Source: a virus. From it: a stretch of 64,000 nt of DNA. Positions 17,847 through 27,625 of this stretch are shown piece by piece (the stretch's first letter is position 1; every line of letters begins with the position of its first letter). The stretch is from IMG/VR virus record IMGVR_UViG_3300021185_002167, positions 32,001-96,000 of that record. One strand, written 5' to 3'. Below the pieces are notes generated by a model. It saw only the letters and a program-made list of their open reading frames with translations. It did not search any database and was not told where the DNA came from. Position numbers and translations under genes: made by a program.

Positions 17847-19084
17847 AATCACTAAAAAACTACTTATCTGAAGCCGCAGGAAAGAATACTCATATGACAC
17901 ATATTGAGGATTTAATCTTGGACGGCGGAGTTAAGGGGGCTCGCCAAGCTATCCTGGCGCTAAGATCTATGAGGGATATGTTGAGCGGTAATGCAAAAGC
18001 ACCAATGGACATTACTGTAAAGTGGGACGGAGCCCCCGCCGTATTTGCTGGAGAAGACCCAAGAGATGGTCAATTTTTCGTAGCAAAAAAAGGTATATTT
18101 AATGCCGACCCTAAAGTATATAAGAGTCATGCCGATATTGACGCTGATACTTCAGGGGATTTATCTAAAAAACTAAAACTTGCATTCGACCATTTAAAAG
18201 GTCTTGGTATCAAAGGTGTAATCCAAGGCGACTTTATGTTTGATTCAAGTGATTTAAAAAAGGAGAAAATAAATGGAGTTGGACATATTACTTTCCATCC
18301 TAATACTATCCTCTATGCTGTACCTCTTAATACGCCATTAGCCAAAGAAATACAAAGAGCTAAGATTGGTATTATATGGCACACATCATATAGCGGTGGT
18401 TCATTTGAAAGAATGTCAGCATCATTTGGTAAAGACATAGTTTCTAAATTAAAGAAAACACCAGATGTATTCATGGATGATGCAACACTTAAAGATCTAA
18501 GTGGTACTGCAACGCTTACAAAAGCTGATTCATTATTACTCAGTAAAAAGTTATCTGATGCTGGTAAGATATTTCAAAAGATATCATCAACAACTTTAAA
18601 AGAGATAGAGTCAAACAAAGAACTCAATCTTATAATTAACATATATAATAATACTAAGGTAAGAAATGGTCAACGTATTACAGATACGAAGAAGCATGCA
18701 ACTGGTTTAATTATGTTTGTAAGTGATCGTTATCAAAAACAGATAGATAAAAGAAGTTCTGATAAAGGTAAACAAATACAAATAGATAAAAGAGATGAAT
18801 TACTATCTTTCTTTAGTAAGAGTAACTTAAAAAACTTACAAAATGTGTTTGATTTACACAATTTAGTTACAGATAGCAAATTAATTATTATAAATAAACT
18901 AAACAAACTAAGTAAAATTGGTACGTTTGTAAAAACTAAGTCCGGATTTAAAGTAACCAACCCCGAAGGTTTTGTTGCTATAGATCGTATGGAAGGTGGA
19001 GCTGTTAAGTTAGTAGATAGATTAGAATTTTCTACAAATAACTTTAGCAAAGATATTATTAAAGGCTGGGATAATCCAGGCTAA
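17843..19084 (+). CDS. Conserved T4-like protein with ligase/nucleotidyltransferase-like KxDG motif (DUF6267-like)
   Basis: HMTHIED, TVKWDGAPA, QGDFMF, PEGFV and VKLVDRLEFS; MKSLKNYLSE start. Confidence 0.7.
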   Translation: MKSLKNYLSEAAGKNTHMTHIEDLILDGGVKGARQAILALRSMRDMLSGNAKAPMDITVKWDGAPAVFAGEDPRDGQFFVAKKGIFNADPKVYKSHADIDADTSGDLSKKLKLAFDHLKGLGIKGVIQGDFMFDSSDLKKEKINGVGHITFHPNTILYAVPLNTPLAKEIQRAKIGIIWHTSYSGGSFERMSASFGKDIVSKLKKTPDVFMDDATLKDLSGTATLTKADSLLLSKKLSDAGKIFQKISSTTLKEIESNKELNLIINIYNNTKVRNGQRITDTKKHATGLIMFVSDRYQKQIDKRSSDKGKQIQIDKRDELLSFFSKSNLKNLQNVFDLHNLVTDSKLIIINKLNKLSKIGTFVKTKSGFKVTNPEGFVAIDRMEGGAVKLVDRLEFSTNNFSKDIIKGWDNPG

Positions 19085-19103
19085 ATGGGAACCGAGGATA
19101 TAA

Positions 19104-20471
19104 ATGTCGATAAAATCATTCAGTGATTATGTAACTGAAAATACAAAAGAAATAACATTCGTATTTGGGCGATTTAATCCGCCTACGATTGGTCATGAAA
19201 AGTTATTCGATATGTTAAAGAAACAATCACGTGGTGGTTCATATCGTATATACGCATCTAAATCTGTAGATGCTAAGAAAAATCCTCTAGAATTCAAAGA
19301 TAAAATAAAATTTTTACGTAAAATGTTTCCTAAGCATGCTCGTAATGTAATGGCTGATAAAGATATTCGTACAGTACTCGATGTAGCAGTAAAATTGTAT
19401 GACCAAGGCTTTACCAAAGTTACTATGGTCGCAGGTAGCGATCGTGTAAGAGAGTTTAATATACTCCTTAATAAGTACAATGGTAAAGACGCTAAACACG
19501 GCTTTTACAATTTCGAAGGTGCAATAAATGTAGTAAGCGCAGGAGAAAGAGACCCAGATGCAGAAGGTGCAACTGGAATGTCTGCTTCTAAAATGCGCAT
19601 GACCGCTCAACAAAACGATTTAGCTGGTTTCGCGAAAGGGTTACCAGCTGATATCGATTCAAAAGAATTGTTTAATGCCGTAAGAAAAGGCATGGGACTT
19701 AAAGAAGAGAATACATTTAGACAGCATGTAGATTTACCAGTTGTTTCTCAAACAAGAGAAGAATATGTAAGTGGTAATCTATTTGAAGTTGGAGATACCG
19801 TTAATATAAAGGAATCATCAACAATAGGTCAAATAACAGTTTGTGGTACTAATTACGTAATAGTAGAATCAGAACTTGGTAGTAAAAGATATTGGTTAGA
19901 TTCTATAGAACTTGTTGAATATAATGAAGTTGGAACTGACTCAACAACAAAGAAATATTTAAATGATACTCCATTTAGCAAAGATATTAAATTAGCTTCT
20001 CATTGTAAAGAAGCAGAAGATACTCAAATAGGTAATAGAAAAGGTTCACAACCAGCTAAGTACTTTACAGGTCTTTCTAAATCTACTAAACTTAAGAGAG
20101 ATGCTCATTTTAAAAAGAAATCAACAAAGCCAGCACCAGGTGATGCAACAGCAAAGACTAAGCCATCATCTCATACAAAGAAATATAAACAAATGTATGG
20201 TGAGTGGAATGAACATTTAACGTTCGAAGATTACGTAATAGAAGCAAAGGGCGCTGACGCAGCATTAAAGAAAAAAGCTGATAAGTCAGGTATGCCATTA
20301 GCTATATTAAAGAAAGTTTTTCAAAGAGGAGTAGCAGCTTGGAAGACAGGTCATAGGCCTGGAACAAATGCCGTACAATGGGGATTGGCCAGAGTCAATT
20401 CATTCGTAACAAAATCCAGTGGAACCTGGGGTAAAGCAGATAAAGATTTAGCTGCAAAAGTAAGAGGATAA
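19104..20471 (+). CDS. Cytidyltransferase-like (HxGH family) protein with extra C-terminal modules
   Basis: FGRFNPPTIGHEKL, VAGSDRV and MSASKMR; C-terminal module RGVAAWKTGHRPG..QWGLARVNSF. Confidence 0.8.
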   Translation: MSIKSFSDYVTENTKEITFVFGRFNPPTIGHEKLFDMLKKQSRGGSYRIYASKSVDAKKNPLEFKDKIKFLRKMFPKHARNVMADKDIRTVLDVAVKLYDQGFTKVTMVAGSDRVREFNILLNKYNGKDAKHGFYNFEGAINVVSAGERDPDAEGATGMSASKMRMTAQQNDLAGFAKGLPADIDSKELFNAVRKGMGLKEENTFRQHVDLPVVSQTREEYVSGNLFEVGDTVNIKESSTIGQITVCGTNYVIVESELGSKRYWLDSIELVEYNEVGTDSTTKKYLNDTPFSKDIKLASHCKEAEDTQIGNRKGSQPAKYFTGLSKSTKLKRDAHFKKKSTKPAPGDATAKTKPSSHTKKYKQMYGEWNEHLTFEDYVIEAKGADAALKKKADKSGMPLAILKKVFQRGVAAWKTGHRPGTNAVQWGLARVNSFVTKSSGTWGKADKDLAAKVRG

Positions 20472-20477
20472 AAAAAA

Positions 20478-20720
20478 ATGAAAACGTTTTTTCAATTAAG
20501 AGAAGCAAGAGTTAAAAAGCTCACATTAGACTTTGATATGGGAGACCCAAGAAAACATTCATCTGATTGGCAGGAAGAGGATGTTTATATAGTCAACTGG
20601 AACAAGAGTAAAATGGAAGTAACTGTTGAAGGAGAACCAAAAGCTTTAGAACAATGGTTAGTAGGAACTTATGGGTATGATAAAAAAGAAGCTAAAGACG
20701 CTATGAGGACAGCAAAATGA
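20478..20720 (+). CDS. Putative internal head protein
   Basis: MKTFFQLRE start. Confidence 0.55.
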   Translation: MKTFFQLREARVKKLTLDFDMGDPRKHSSDWQEEDVYIVNWNKSKMEVTVEGEPKALEQWLVGTYGYDKKEAKDAMRTAK

Positions 20721-22003
20721 AGTTTAAAGAATTAAGAGAAGACTATAAAAAAGTCATAAAGATGTTTAGAGATAACGATTGGAAAAAAATCGTAACAAAG
20801 CATAGAAAAGCTATCGATGATTTTAGGAGCGGAAAGAGCGATTTACCTAAAAAGGTAGAAGATGATTTACTTGTATGGGCTATGAATAACAATGAAGCAC
20901 CTACTAAAGATCAAGCAGATGACTTTATACTAAGAATACTTGATGAAAATTATTTAAATGAATCAGTAGAAGAAATAACATCAGTTTTAGAAAAGGCATA
21001 TGACCAAAACGATGTAAAGAAAGTTCAACAACTTGAAAAGAAATTACAGGGTATGCTTAAAGAAGTAGAAAAAACTATGAAAGGTTCAGGTTTATCTGCT
21101 CCAGCATTCAATAATGTTCGTAGTGGTATTGTAAAAGGTCTTGACTCTATAAAGAAATTCTATAAAGTTGCAAACAATAGTAAAGCAGAGAGCATCGATG
21201 AAAAATATAAGAGCAAATATCCTTCATCTCTTGTAGCAGCTGCAGTTAAGATTGCAATTGATATGGGTGGTAATATGACAGGAGCTTATAAGAAAATCGA
21301 AAAAATGAAAAAAGGTTTAGCTGATGATTCTATGGTCAAAGATGCTTTAAGACAAGCAAATGAATCTGTTAACTTAGAAGTAACAGAAGGTAAAGATGAA
21401 AACGAAGTATCTCAAGCTATTAAGCTTGCAGCTCAAGCTGAATCTGGCAGAGACAAGAAAGACTATTTAGAAATTTCTAAATTGATTAAAGGTAGTAAGT
21501 ATGAAGCTGCAAGAGCTTATATTGCTAAACTAGATACTGTTGTACTAGAAGATCTTGTTGATATCATTATGCAATATGATAAAGTATTTAAAAAGATGTA
21601 CCCTAAAGTAAGACCTGGTAGTTTCATGGCAAGATTTGCAAGAGAAGATGTTAATGAAGCAATGTCAGATAAAGATAAAAAGAAAAGACTTGCTTTAATT
21701 AAAAAGGCTGTAGAGAAAATCAATAAGAAAAATGCTGATATGGCTAAGAAAGATGCATTAAAAATGATGAAAGATTCAGGTATGTTTGATGAATCAGTTA
21801 ATGAAGGTGTATACACAAAGAATGATGGTGGCGCTTTCGATGGTTTAAGAATAGCTAAATGGCTTGCTCATGAAGATGGCAAATCTTGGAGAAAGCTTGG
21901 CTATGGAGATACCGAAGGATATCTACAAGACGCAGCAGCTTTACTTAAAAAAGATAAATCAAAAGCAAAAGATATATTATCTCAGCCAACACCAAGGGAT
22001 TAA
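20717..22003 (+). CDS. Modular Lys/Glu-rich putative internal head polyprotein
   Basis: MKFKELRE start; repeated ES(V/I)(N/D/E)E linkers. Confidence 0.6.
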   Translation: MKFKELREDYKKVIKMFRDNDWKKIVTKHRKAIDDFRSGKSDLPKKVEDDLLVWAMNNNEAPTKDQADDFILRILDENYLNESVEEITSVLEKAYDQNDVKKVQQLEKKLQGMLKEVEKTMKGSGLSAPAFNNVRSGIVKGLDSIKKFYKVANNSKAESIDEKYKSKYPSSLVAAAVKIAIDMGGNMTGAYKKIEKMKKGLADDSMVKDALRQANESVNLEVTEGKDENEVSQAIKLAAQAESGRDKKDYLEISKLIKGSKYEAARAYIAKLDTVVLEDLVDIIMQYDKVFKKMYPKVRPGSFMARFAREDVNEAMSDKDKKKRLALIKKAVEKINKKNADMAKKDALKMMKDSGMFDESVNEGVYTKNDGGAFDGLRIAKWLAHEDGKSWRKLGYGDTEGYLQDAAALLKKDKSKAKDILSQPTPRD

Positions 22004-22005
22004 TA

Positions 22006-22548
22006 ATGAAATATAGAACATTAACAGAATCATATAAACAAATTGTAATAGGTGAAGATGGCCATGAACAATCTGCAAATGTTAAGAATCAATTAACAGG
22101 TTTAAAAAGAAATGCAGAACAATTATTGGCTCAAGTAAAACCTGATTCAGAGTATCCATCATGGTGGGTAAACAAATTGGTAAAGGCTAATGATTACCTT
22201 GATACCGCAAAGGACTTTTTACAGAATAAAGTTGACCAAGGACGGGTAGAAAATAAGGAAGAGGACACGAGAGACGAAATTATTGAAAGAATAAACTTTC
22301 ATAGTAAAAGTCCTGCTGAGAAAAAAGGCTCAGATTTCGATAGAAAATTAGAAATCAATGGTTATAAAAAGATCTTAAAGGCTATTGAGAAGATTAACAA
22401 AGACCACGAGAAGTTTCAATATAACAATCGTGCAGATGGCCCATCTAATATATTTAAAGGTCTACAACAGGTTGAAAGAACATGTTATGACATGATGCGA
22501 GAAATTGAACAAGGTAAATGGGATGGTAAAGTGGACTTAGAAGATTAA
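22006..22548 (+). CDS. Putative internal head protein
   Basis: MKYRTLTE start; PSWWVNKLVKANDYL module. Confidence 0.55.
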   Translation: MKYRTLTESYKQIVIGEDGHEQSANVKNQLTGLKRNAEQLLAQVKPDSEYPSWWVNKLVKANDYLDTAKDFLQNKVDQGRVENKEEDTRDEIIERINFHSKSPAEKKGSDFDRKLEINGYKKILKAIEKINKDHEKFQYNNRADGPSNIFKGLQQVERTCYDMMREIEQGKWDGKVDLED

Positions 22549-22549
22549 T

Positions 22550-22798
22550 ATGAAAACCTTTAAAGACATAAGAGAATCTAATATTGAAATAGACGAAGCT
22601 CCGTTAGTTGCTAATGATATGGATATATTAAACACTCTCTTTGCTAAGATTAAAGATGACATGTTTAAAAACAAAAGAAAAAAACAAAGCGAAAAGAACT
22701 GGCCTAACATGCAAATTCTATCAAAAATGGCAGGTTATGGTTTAACAAAAAAAGGGCAAGACAAGGATAGGTCATTTAGATACGACCTAAAGAAGTAA
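22550..22798 (+). CDS. Putative internal head protein
   Basis: MKTFKDIRE start. Confidence 0.55.
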   Translation: MKTFKDIRESNIEIDEAPLVANDMDILNTLFAKIKDDMFKNKRKKQSEKNWPNMQILSKMAGYGLTKKGQDKDRSFRYDLKK

Positions 22799-22799
22799 T

Positions 22800-23255
22800 A
22801 TGGATTCATTTAAAGAACATTTAAACATTAATACAACTGTTAACGAAGAACAAATTAATGAAGAAATTGTAGGACTTATATGGACTATAGCTAAAGACTT
22901 ATTAACGATAAGTTGGAATATAAGTAAAATGAGTCTTGGTTATGCAGCTGGCGCAATAAGAGATAATGAAAAAGGTCCTGTATTAGATAGGATTAAAAAT
23001 GCATTTGATAAACAAGCAAGAGCTGAAAGGAAAGCTGAAAAGGTTGCTAAAAAAGCTAATAGACTTACTAAATATAAACAAGCTAGACAAAAATTGTTAA
23101 GTGCTCAAGATACTATTGCAAGAGAACAAAAGAAGATTAAAGCATTAGATAGAGCTGTTATAAGAAGAAACGCAGAACCTATTAATAAAATTAAAAAAGA
23201 TCTTGCTGATATGGCCAAAAAGCTTAAAGCAGCTGAGAAAAAACTACCAGTATGA
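22800..23255 (+). CDS. Putative internal head protein, basic coiled coil
   Basis: MDSFKEHL start; QINEE motif. Confidence 0.5.
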   Translation: MDSFKEHLNINTTVNEEQINEEIVGLIWTIAKDLLTISWNISKMSLGYAAGAIRDNEKGPVLDRIKNAFDKQARAERKAEKVAKKANRLTKYKQARQKLLSAQDTIAREQKKIKALDRAVIRRNAEPINKIKKDLADMAKKLKAAEKKLPV

Positions 23256-23608
23256 TTACCTTTGGAGACTATCTTATAGAAGGAGACGGCTTATGGGCTA
23301 ATATCCATAAGAAAAGAAAGTCTGGTAAGAAAATGAGAAAGCCTGGAAGTAAAGGCGCTCCAACAAAACAAGATTTTAAAAATGCTTCAGAAGGCGCTGG
23401 TAAGTATAAAGGCGAAACTTGGGAAGATGGTTATAAGAGAAGAGTCGTACCTACAACAGATTATAAGCATAAAGAAGATGGTTATAAATGGAGAATCAAA
23501 GGTAAAGAAAAAGACAATATATCTCTAAAGCTATATAAGACTAAACCTGATTTTGCTGAATATAAGAAACAGATGAAAAGAGTTGCGGGGCATGAATTCG
23601 GTGGATAA
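23252..23608 (+). CDS. Putative internal head protein
   Basis: MITFGDYLIE start; GLWANIHKKR..MRKPGSKGAPT module. Confidence 0.6.
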   Translation: MITFGDYLIEGDGLWANIHKKRKSGKKMRKPGSKGAPTKQDFKNASEGAGKYKGETWEDGYKRRVVPTTDYKHKEDGYKWRIKGKEKDNISLKLYKTKPDFAEYKKQMKRVAGHEFGG

Positions 23609-23963
23609 TTTTAAAGAACATATTGAAAAGAGTTTTGGTCTATATGAAGGAGTAACTGTTCCTTTAGAGATGCCAATGATTGAAGGACCAGAATTAAACA
23701 AACCTAAAAGGTCTTCAGGTCCAAGCAAATATGTTGTATACGTAAAGAATCCAAAAACGGGTAATGTAAAGAAGATTAACTTTGGTGACGCAAAAGGCGG
23801 ACTTACATCAAAGATAAATGATCGCGACGCTGCTCGTAACTTTGCTTCAAGACACAATTGTGATATGAAGAAAGATAAAATGAAAGCTGGTTATTGGGCA
23901 TGTAGGTTACCTAAGTATGCTAAAGAACTTGGCTTAAAAGGTGGAGGTAGTTACTTTTGGTAG
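23601..23963 (+). CDS. Conserved phage protein (GTG start inferred)
   Basis: (M)DNFKEHIE start; YVVYVKNPKTGNVKKINFGD, FASRHNC and AGYWAC. Confidence 0.7.
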   Translation: MDNFKEHIEKSFGLYEGVTVPLEMPMIEGPELNKPKRSSGPSKYVVYVKNPKTGNVKKINFGDAKGGLTSKINDRDAARNFASRHNCDMKKDKMKAGYWACRLPKYAKELGLKGGGSYFW

Positions 23964-24232
23964 ACCTTCCTTTTTTAGATGAATATACCTTAGATGGTAT
24001 AGTACGAGAATTCTTTGTCGATCGAGATGACGAAGAATACGTTTGGCATCGTGATAATGAACATCGTGAAATTGAAATACTCGAAGGTGAAGGTTGGTGT
24101 ATACAGTTTGATAACTGTTTACCATTTTTGTTACAACCAGGGATGATATTCGATATACCGAAGGGTGAATATCATAGAGTATTAAAAGGTGTTAACACCC
24201 TAAAATGTAGGATAATATCTAAAGATGGATAA
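23957..24232 (+). CDS. Small cupin-like protein
   Basis: WHRD..HRE...IPKGEYHRV cupin-like His motifs. Confidence 0.65.
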   Translation: MVDLPFLDEYTLDGIVREFFVDRDDEEYVWHRDNEHREIEILEGEGWCIQFDNCLPFLLQPGMIFDIPKGEYHRVLKGVNTLKCRIISKDG

Positions 24233-24536
24233 AGAAATGCAACAAGTATATACTGTTCAGTCTCAAAGGTTGGATAGAATCGAAGAGAAATTGGACCAAA
24301 TGGCTCAAGCGATAATAGCGCTTGCAAGAGCTGAAGAGAAAATTTCAACACTTGCGGAATTTAATAAGCAACAGGCTACTCAAGTTCAGTCGCTTATAAA
24401 TAGAATAGACAGAGTAGAGCAATTAGTGAATAGCAATGCAAGCACTGTCAATATTATAAACAGAATATTCTGGGTTATATTAGCTGGTTTAATATCAGCA
24501 GTAACTTGGGAATACATAGTTCATTTAAGTAATTAA
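24225..24536 (+). CDS. Coiled-coil protein with C-terminal TM (holin/XhlA-like architecture)
   Basis: RLDRIEEKLD coiled coil followed by IFWVILAGLISAVTW. Confidence 0.5.
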   Translation: MDKEMQQVYTVQSQRLDRIEEKLDQMAQAIIALARAEEKISTLAEFNKQQATQVQSLINRIDRVEQLVNSNASTVNIINRIFWVILAGLISAVTWEYIVHLSN

Positions 24537-24548
24537 CGGAGAAAAAAA

Positions 24549-25865
24549 ATGAAATTCAATGACGACATAACAATGAGCATTGCTGCAGCAGTATCTAATG
24601 TGCTGGAAGGTAAAGCTCCGGAAGAAAAGAAAGAGGAAGTTAAATATCCTCATGACATGTTTCATCCTAAAACTGGCGAAAAAGAAGTCGCTAAAGATGA
24701 AGCAGGCCATAAAGCTCTTGCAGCTAAAGGTTATACCCATGATAAACCTAAAATGGAATCACCTGATCAGCCAAAAGCAAAAGGCGAAAAAGAGTTTAAA
24801 AAGATGCACGACGATAACGTTGAAGTATCTGGTGAAGCTCCAGATGGTGAAGTAACCAAAGCTAAAAAAGGTAACTACTATAAAGAAGAAGTAGAAGAAG
24901 TTACTATTAGTGTTAGCGAAAAGCTAAATAAAAGCGGTAAAGCTACTTTAGATATAGATTACATAGGCGGTAAAGATCTTACTAAAAAACTAGAAAAAAA
25001 GTTTAAAGTTAAAATCAAACAAACTGGTTCTACAACAGCTGATATAACAGGTGATAGAAAAAACATTATCAACCTTTTAAAGTCAGATGCTTATCTTATG
25101 GATGAAGATGAAATTGAAGATACATTCTCAGAGCTAACTGAAGATTATAATAAAAAAAATGAGCTAACTAGATTAAAAAGAATTGATAAAATGGCTATGC
25201 AAATAGGTAAAGAAATAAGAAATTTTCCTAGGGAACTTACTGACGATGGAACTGATGATAAAGACCTAGCTCAGGCTTTTTATGATATGAATACTGGTTT
25301 AGGAGATTTAGACAATGGAATCTCAGATTTTGAATATGCTTTAAAAAGACTTAAAGAATCAGTAGAAGACGAAGAAGTTGATGAAGAATCAGAGAAGCAA
25401 AAGAAATATCAAGCATTCTTTAATAAAGCTTTAAAGAAATTTGGTGTATCATCTCCTGCTGAATTAGAAGGCGATAAGAAAAAAGAATTCTTTGATTACA
25501 TTGATAAGAACTACGAAGCTACTGATGAGTCAGTCAAAGAAGACGTCAGAGACATGAAAAACTATAAAGATAGAGATCGTAAAGGTCATGAAGCTTATAT
25601 GAGTATTCAAGTTGTTAAAGGTAATACTAGCAATAAGTTTGATGATGGCTTCGGTTTTTCTAAAGCTGAGATGGTTATGATGGATAAACTTATTAGCAAA
25701 ATCAAGAATATGCACGTATCTAGTTTTGATGGTGGTTCTTCAGGGCCAGCTTCTTTAGAGTTCTACGGTGACGAAGCTTCTCTTAAGAAATTTATAGCAG
25801 ATAAAAATGTACAAAAGATTGTTAAGAAATACAAAGGTAAAGTATCAGGACCAAATAAGGCTTAA
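24549..25865 (+). CDS. Acidic/Lys-rich modular protein, prohead-core-like
   Basis: Late promoter at 24395; E-rich linkers (KESVEDEEVDEE, DESVKE); YQAFFNKALKKFGV module. Confidence 0.6.
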   Translation: MKFNDDITMSIAAAVSNVLEGKAPEEKKEEVKYPHDMFHPKTGEKEVAKDEAGHKALAAKGYTHDKPKMESPDQPKAKGEKEFKKMHDDNVEVSGEAPDGEVTKAKKGNYYKEEVEEVTISVSEKLNKSGKATLDIDYIGGKDLTKKLEKKFKVKIKQTGSTTADITGDRKNIINLLKSDAYLMDEDEIEDTFSELTEDYNKKNELTRLKRIDKMAMQIGKEIRNFPRELTDDGTDDKDLAQAFYDMNTGLGDLDNGISDFEYALKRLKESVEDEEVDEESEKQKKYQAFFNKALKKFGVSSPAELEGDKKKEFFDYIDKNYEATDESVKEDVRDMKNYKDRDRKGHEAYMSIQVVKGNTSNKFDDGFGFSKAEMVMMDKLISKIKNMHVSSFDGGSSGPASLEFYGDEASLKKFIADKNVQKIVKKYKGKVSGPNKA

Positions 25866-25885
25866 TTATCTCTTATAGATAATAT

Positions 25886-26257
25886 ATGATGAAAATATTT
25901 GATGAATTGAATAGCAAAAATTTTAAACTTTTTGCAGCACAAAATTATAACAATCCGGAATGTACGGATGTTGAAGAATTTAAGCAAGATATGAGTAGGT
26001 TTAAGTACCTTAAAAGATTGCTAACACGTTATGAAGAACATGGTGAGTTACAAGAGAGACTTATTCTCAATCACATCATAGTTCTTTATAATGTATTTGG
26101 CATAGAATCTTGTAATAAAATGATGTGGTATAAGATAGATGACAATCACTATCAATATATCAAGCCATTTTTAGTTTATCTTCATTATCTACCAGAGGAT
26201 GAAAAGGTTGAGGTCGTAATGGACCCTAACATAGTAGAAGTATTAAGGAAACTTTGA
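25886..26257 (+). CDS. Conserved T4-like hypothetical protein
   Basis: YNNPEC...RFKYLKRLL..ERLILNHIIVLYNVFG. Confidence 0.75.
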   Translation: MMKIFDELNSKNFKLFAAQNYNNPECTDVEEFKQDMSRFKYLKRLLTRYEEHGELQERLILNHIIVLYNVFGIESCNKMMWYKIDDNHYQYIKPFLVYLHYLPEDEKVEVVMDPNIVEVLRKL

Positions 26258-26847
26258 TGGGAATTATATCAAGAACAGGAGATTTGTTTTATGCGTTTCG
26301 ATTTTTGAAACTGCTCGTCACTCCGTTCGAAAAAACAAAAGCATTTGAGCTTGGTATAATCGACAAAGAAGGAAAAACTATTAAAAAAGGCGCTGCACGT
26401 GGAACACCAGAAGAAAAGTCAGCCTATACAGTATTCCATAGATTAGTATTTAATCTTAAGAGACTGATTGGTAAAGCGCCGGGTGGTAAATCCTTAGTAG
26501 CTCGTTATGGTGCTGCATTGTTTCTTATTAAAGAACATACAGGTATGTCAGATGGTAAACTCTTAAGAAGCTTAGAAAAAGCTTTAGACATGCCAATTGA
26601 AGATGAGCTTAACGAGAACTATTGGTATCAAGATCAAGAGTCAAGATTAATGCCTGGTAACTACGTGTTAACAGAAGATATGGCATCATCAACAACAGGC
26701 GAAATCATTGCACGAATAAATGAAAAGGTTATTGTAGATGATTTTAAAACACCTATTGGATGTGTATCGAATATAAATATCTATAAGGTATTACATTCGA
26801 AGACAAAGCAAGAGATATACGTAAGTAATAGAGATATAAAACGATGA
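26254..26847 (+). CDS. Conserved T4-like hypothetical protein
   Basis: YAFRFLKLLVTPFEKTKAFELGIID and SAYTVFHRLVFNLKRLI. Confidence 0.75.
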   Translation: MMGIISRTGDLFYAFRFLKLLVTPFEKTKAFELGIIDKEGKTIKKGAARGTPEEKSAYTVFHRLVFNLKRLIGKAPGGKSLVARYGAALFLIKEHTGMSDGKLLRSLEKALDMPIEDELNENYWYQDQESRLMPGNYVLTEDMASSTTGEIIARINEKVIVDDFKTPIGCVSNINIYKVLHSKTKQEIYVSNRDIKR

Positions 26848-27392
26848 TGACATTTAACGAATATAGCAATACTTTAGATGATAAAATTTTTAAAGATTTT
26901 TTACTTGAAAGTGGGCTTAACGAAGAAGAATTAAAAGAAAATTGGGGCTTATTAGCAAGACTAGCCGGTGGTGTTTTAACTGGCGCAAGAGTAATGTTAT
27001 GGAATAGAGCTACTAAAACTGCATTAAAAGGAGTTTTTGCAGTAGGAATTGTTCCAGCTGCAGTACTTGGTAGTGTAGCATCATTAGGTGCTATGCTTTG
27101 TAGTTGGTTAGCCTTAGATATGGAAACATGTGCTCAGCTTGCTAAAGCAATATATTATGTAGGAATTACAGTTGCAGGAGCTTTTATGGCTTTAATGGGT
27201 AAAAAAGCAGCATTAAAATTTATTAATTGGGCAAATAAAAATAGAATTGATATTCAAGTTAAAAATTTACAAAACAAGAAAAAGTTAACTAAAGCCGATT
27301 TAGAAACAATAAAAAAAATAGCTAGAAAATATAATACTAAACAAACTCTAGATAACAAAGGCCTTGAAAAATTTAGGAAAAAGATAGCATAA
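26844..27392 (+). CDS. Membrane-associated hypothetical protein with CTS-like start
   Basis: MTFNEY start, LKE|NWG, and two or three hydrophobic helices. Confidence 0.6.
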   Translation: MMTFNEYSNTLDDKIFKDFLLESGLNEEELKENWGLLARLAGGVLTGARVMLWNRATKTALKGVFAVGIVPAAVLGSVASLGAMLCSWLALDMETCAQLAKAIYYVGITVAGAFMALMGKKAALKFINWANKNRIDIQVKNLQNKKKLTKADLETIKKIARKYNTKQTLDNKGLEKFRKKIA

Positions 27393-27625
27393 TGAAAAGG
27401 ACATTTAAAGAATTTGAAGGTATGTGGGAAGACGCAGCAGCTAATTCAGTAGCTGGCGGTGGTGTATCAATGCCATCAGACATGATGCCAAAAGCATCTC
27501 TTAAAAAACATAAAAAAAGAATCTATGACGGTAGAACCAAAGAAGGTAAAAAGTTTGTAGAAAGAATATTAGCAAGAAGAAATGCAAAAATCAGCGCAAT
27601 GGAAAAAAACGATGAAAACGTTTAA
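27392..27625 (+). CDS. Putative internal head protein
   Basis: MKRTFKEFE start; WEDAAANSVAGGGV; YDGRTK. Confidence 0.6.
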   Translation: MKRTFKEFEGMWEDAAANSVAGGGVSMPSDMMPKASLKKHKKRIYDGRTKEGKKFVERILARRNAKISAMEKNDENV

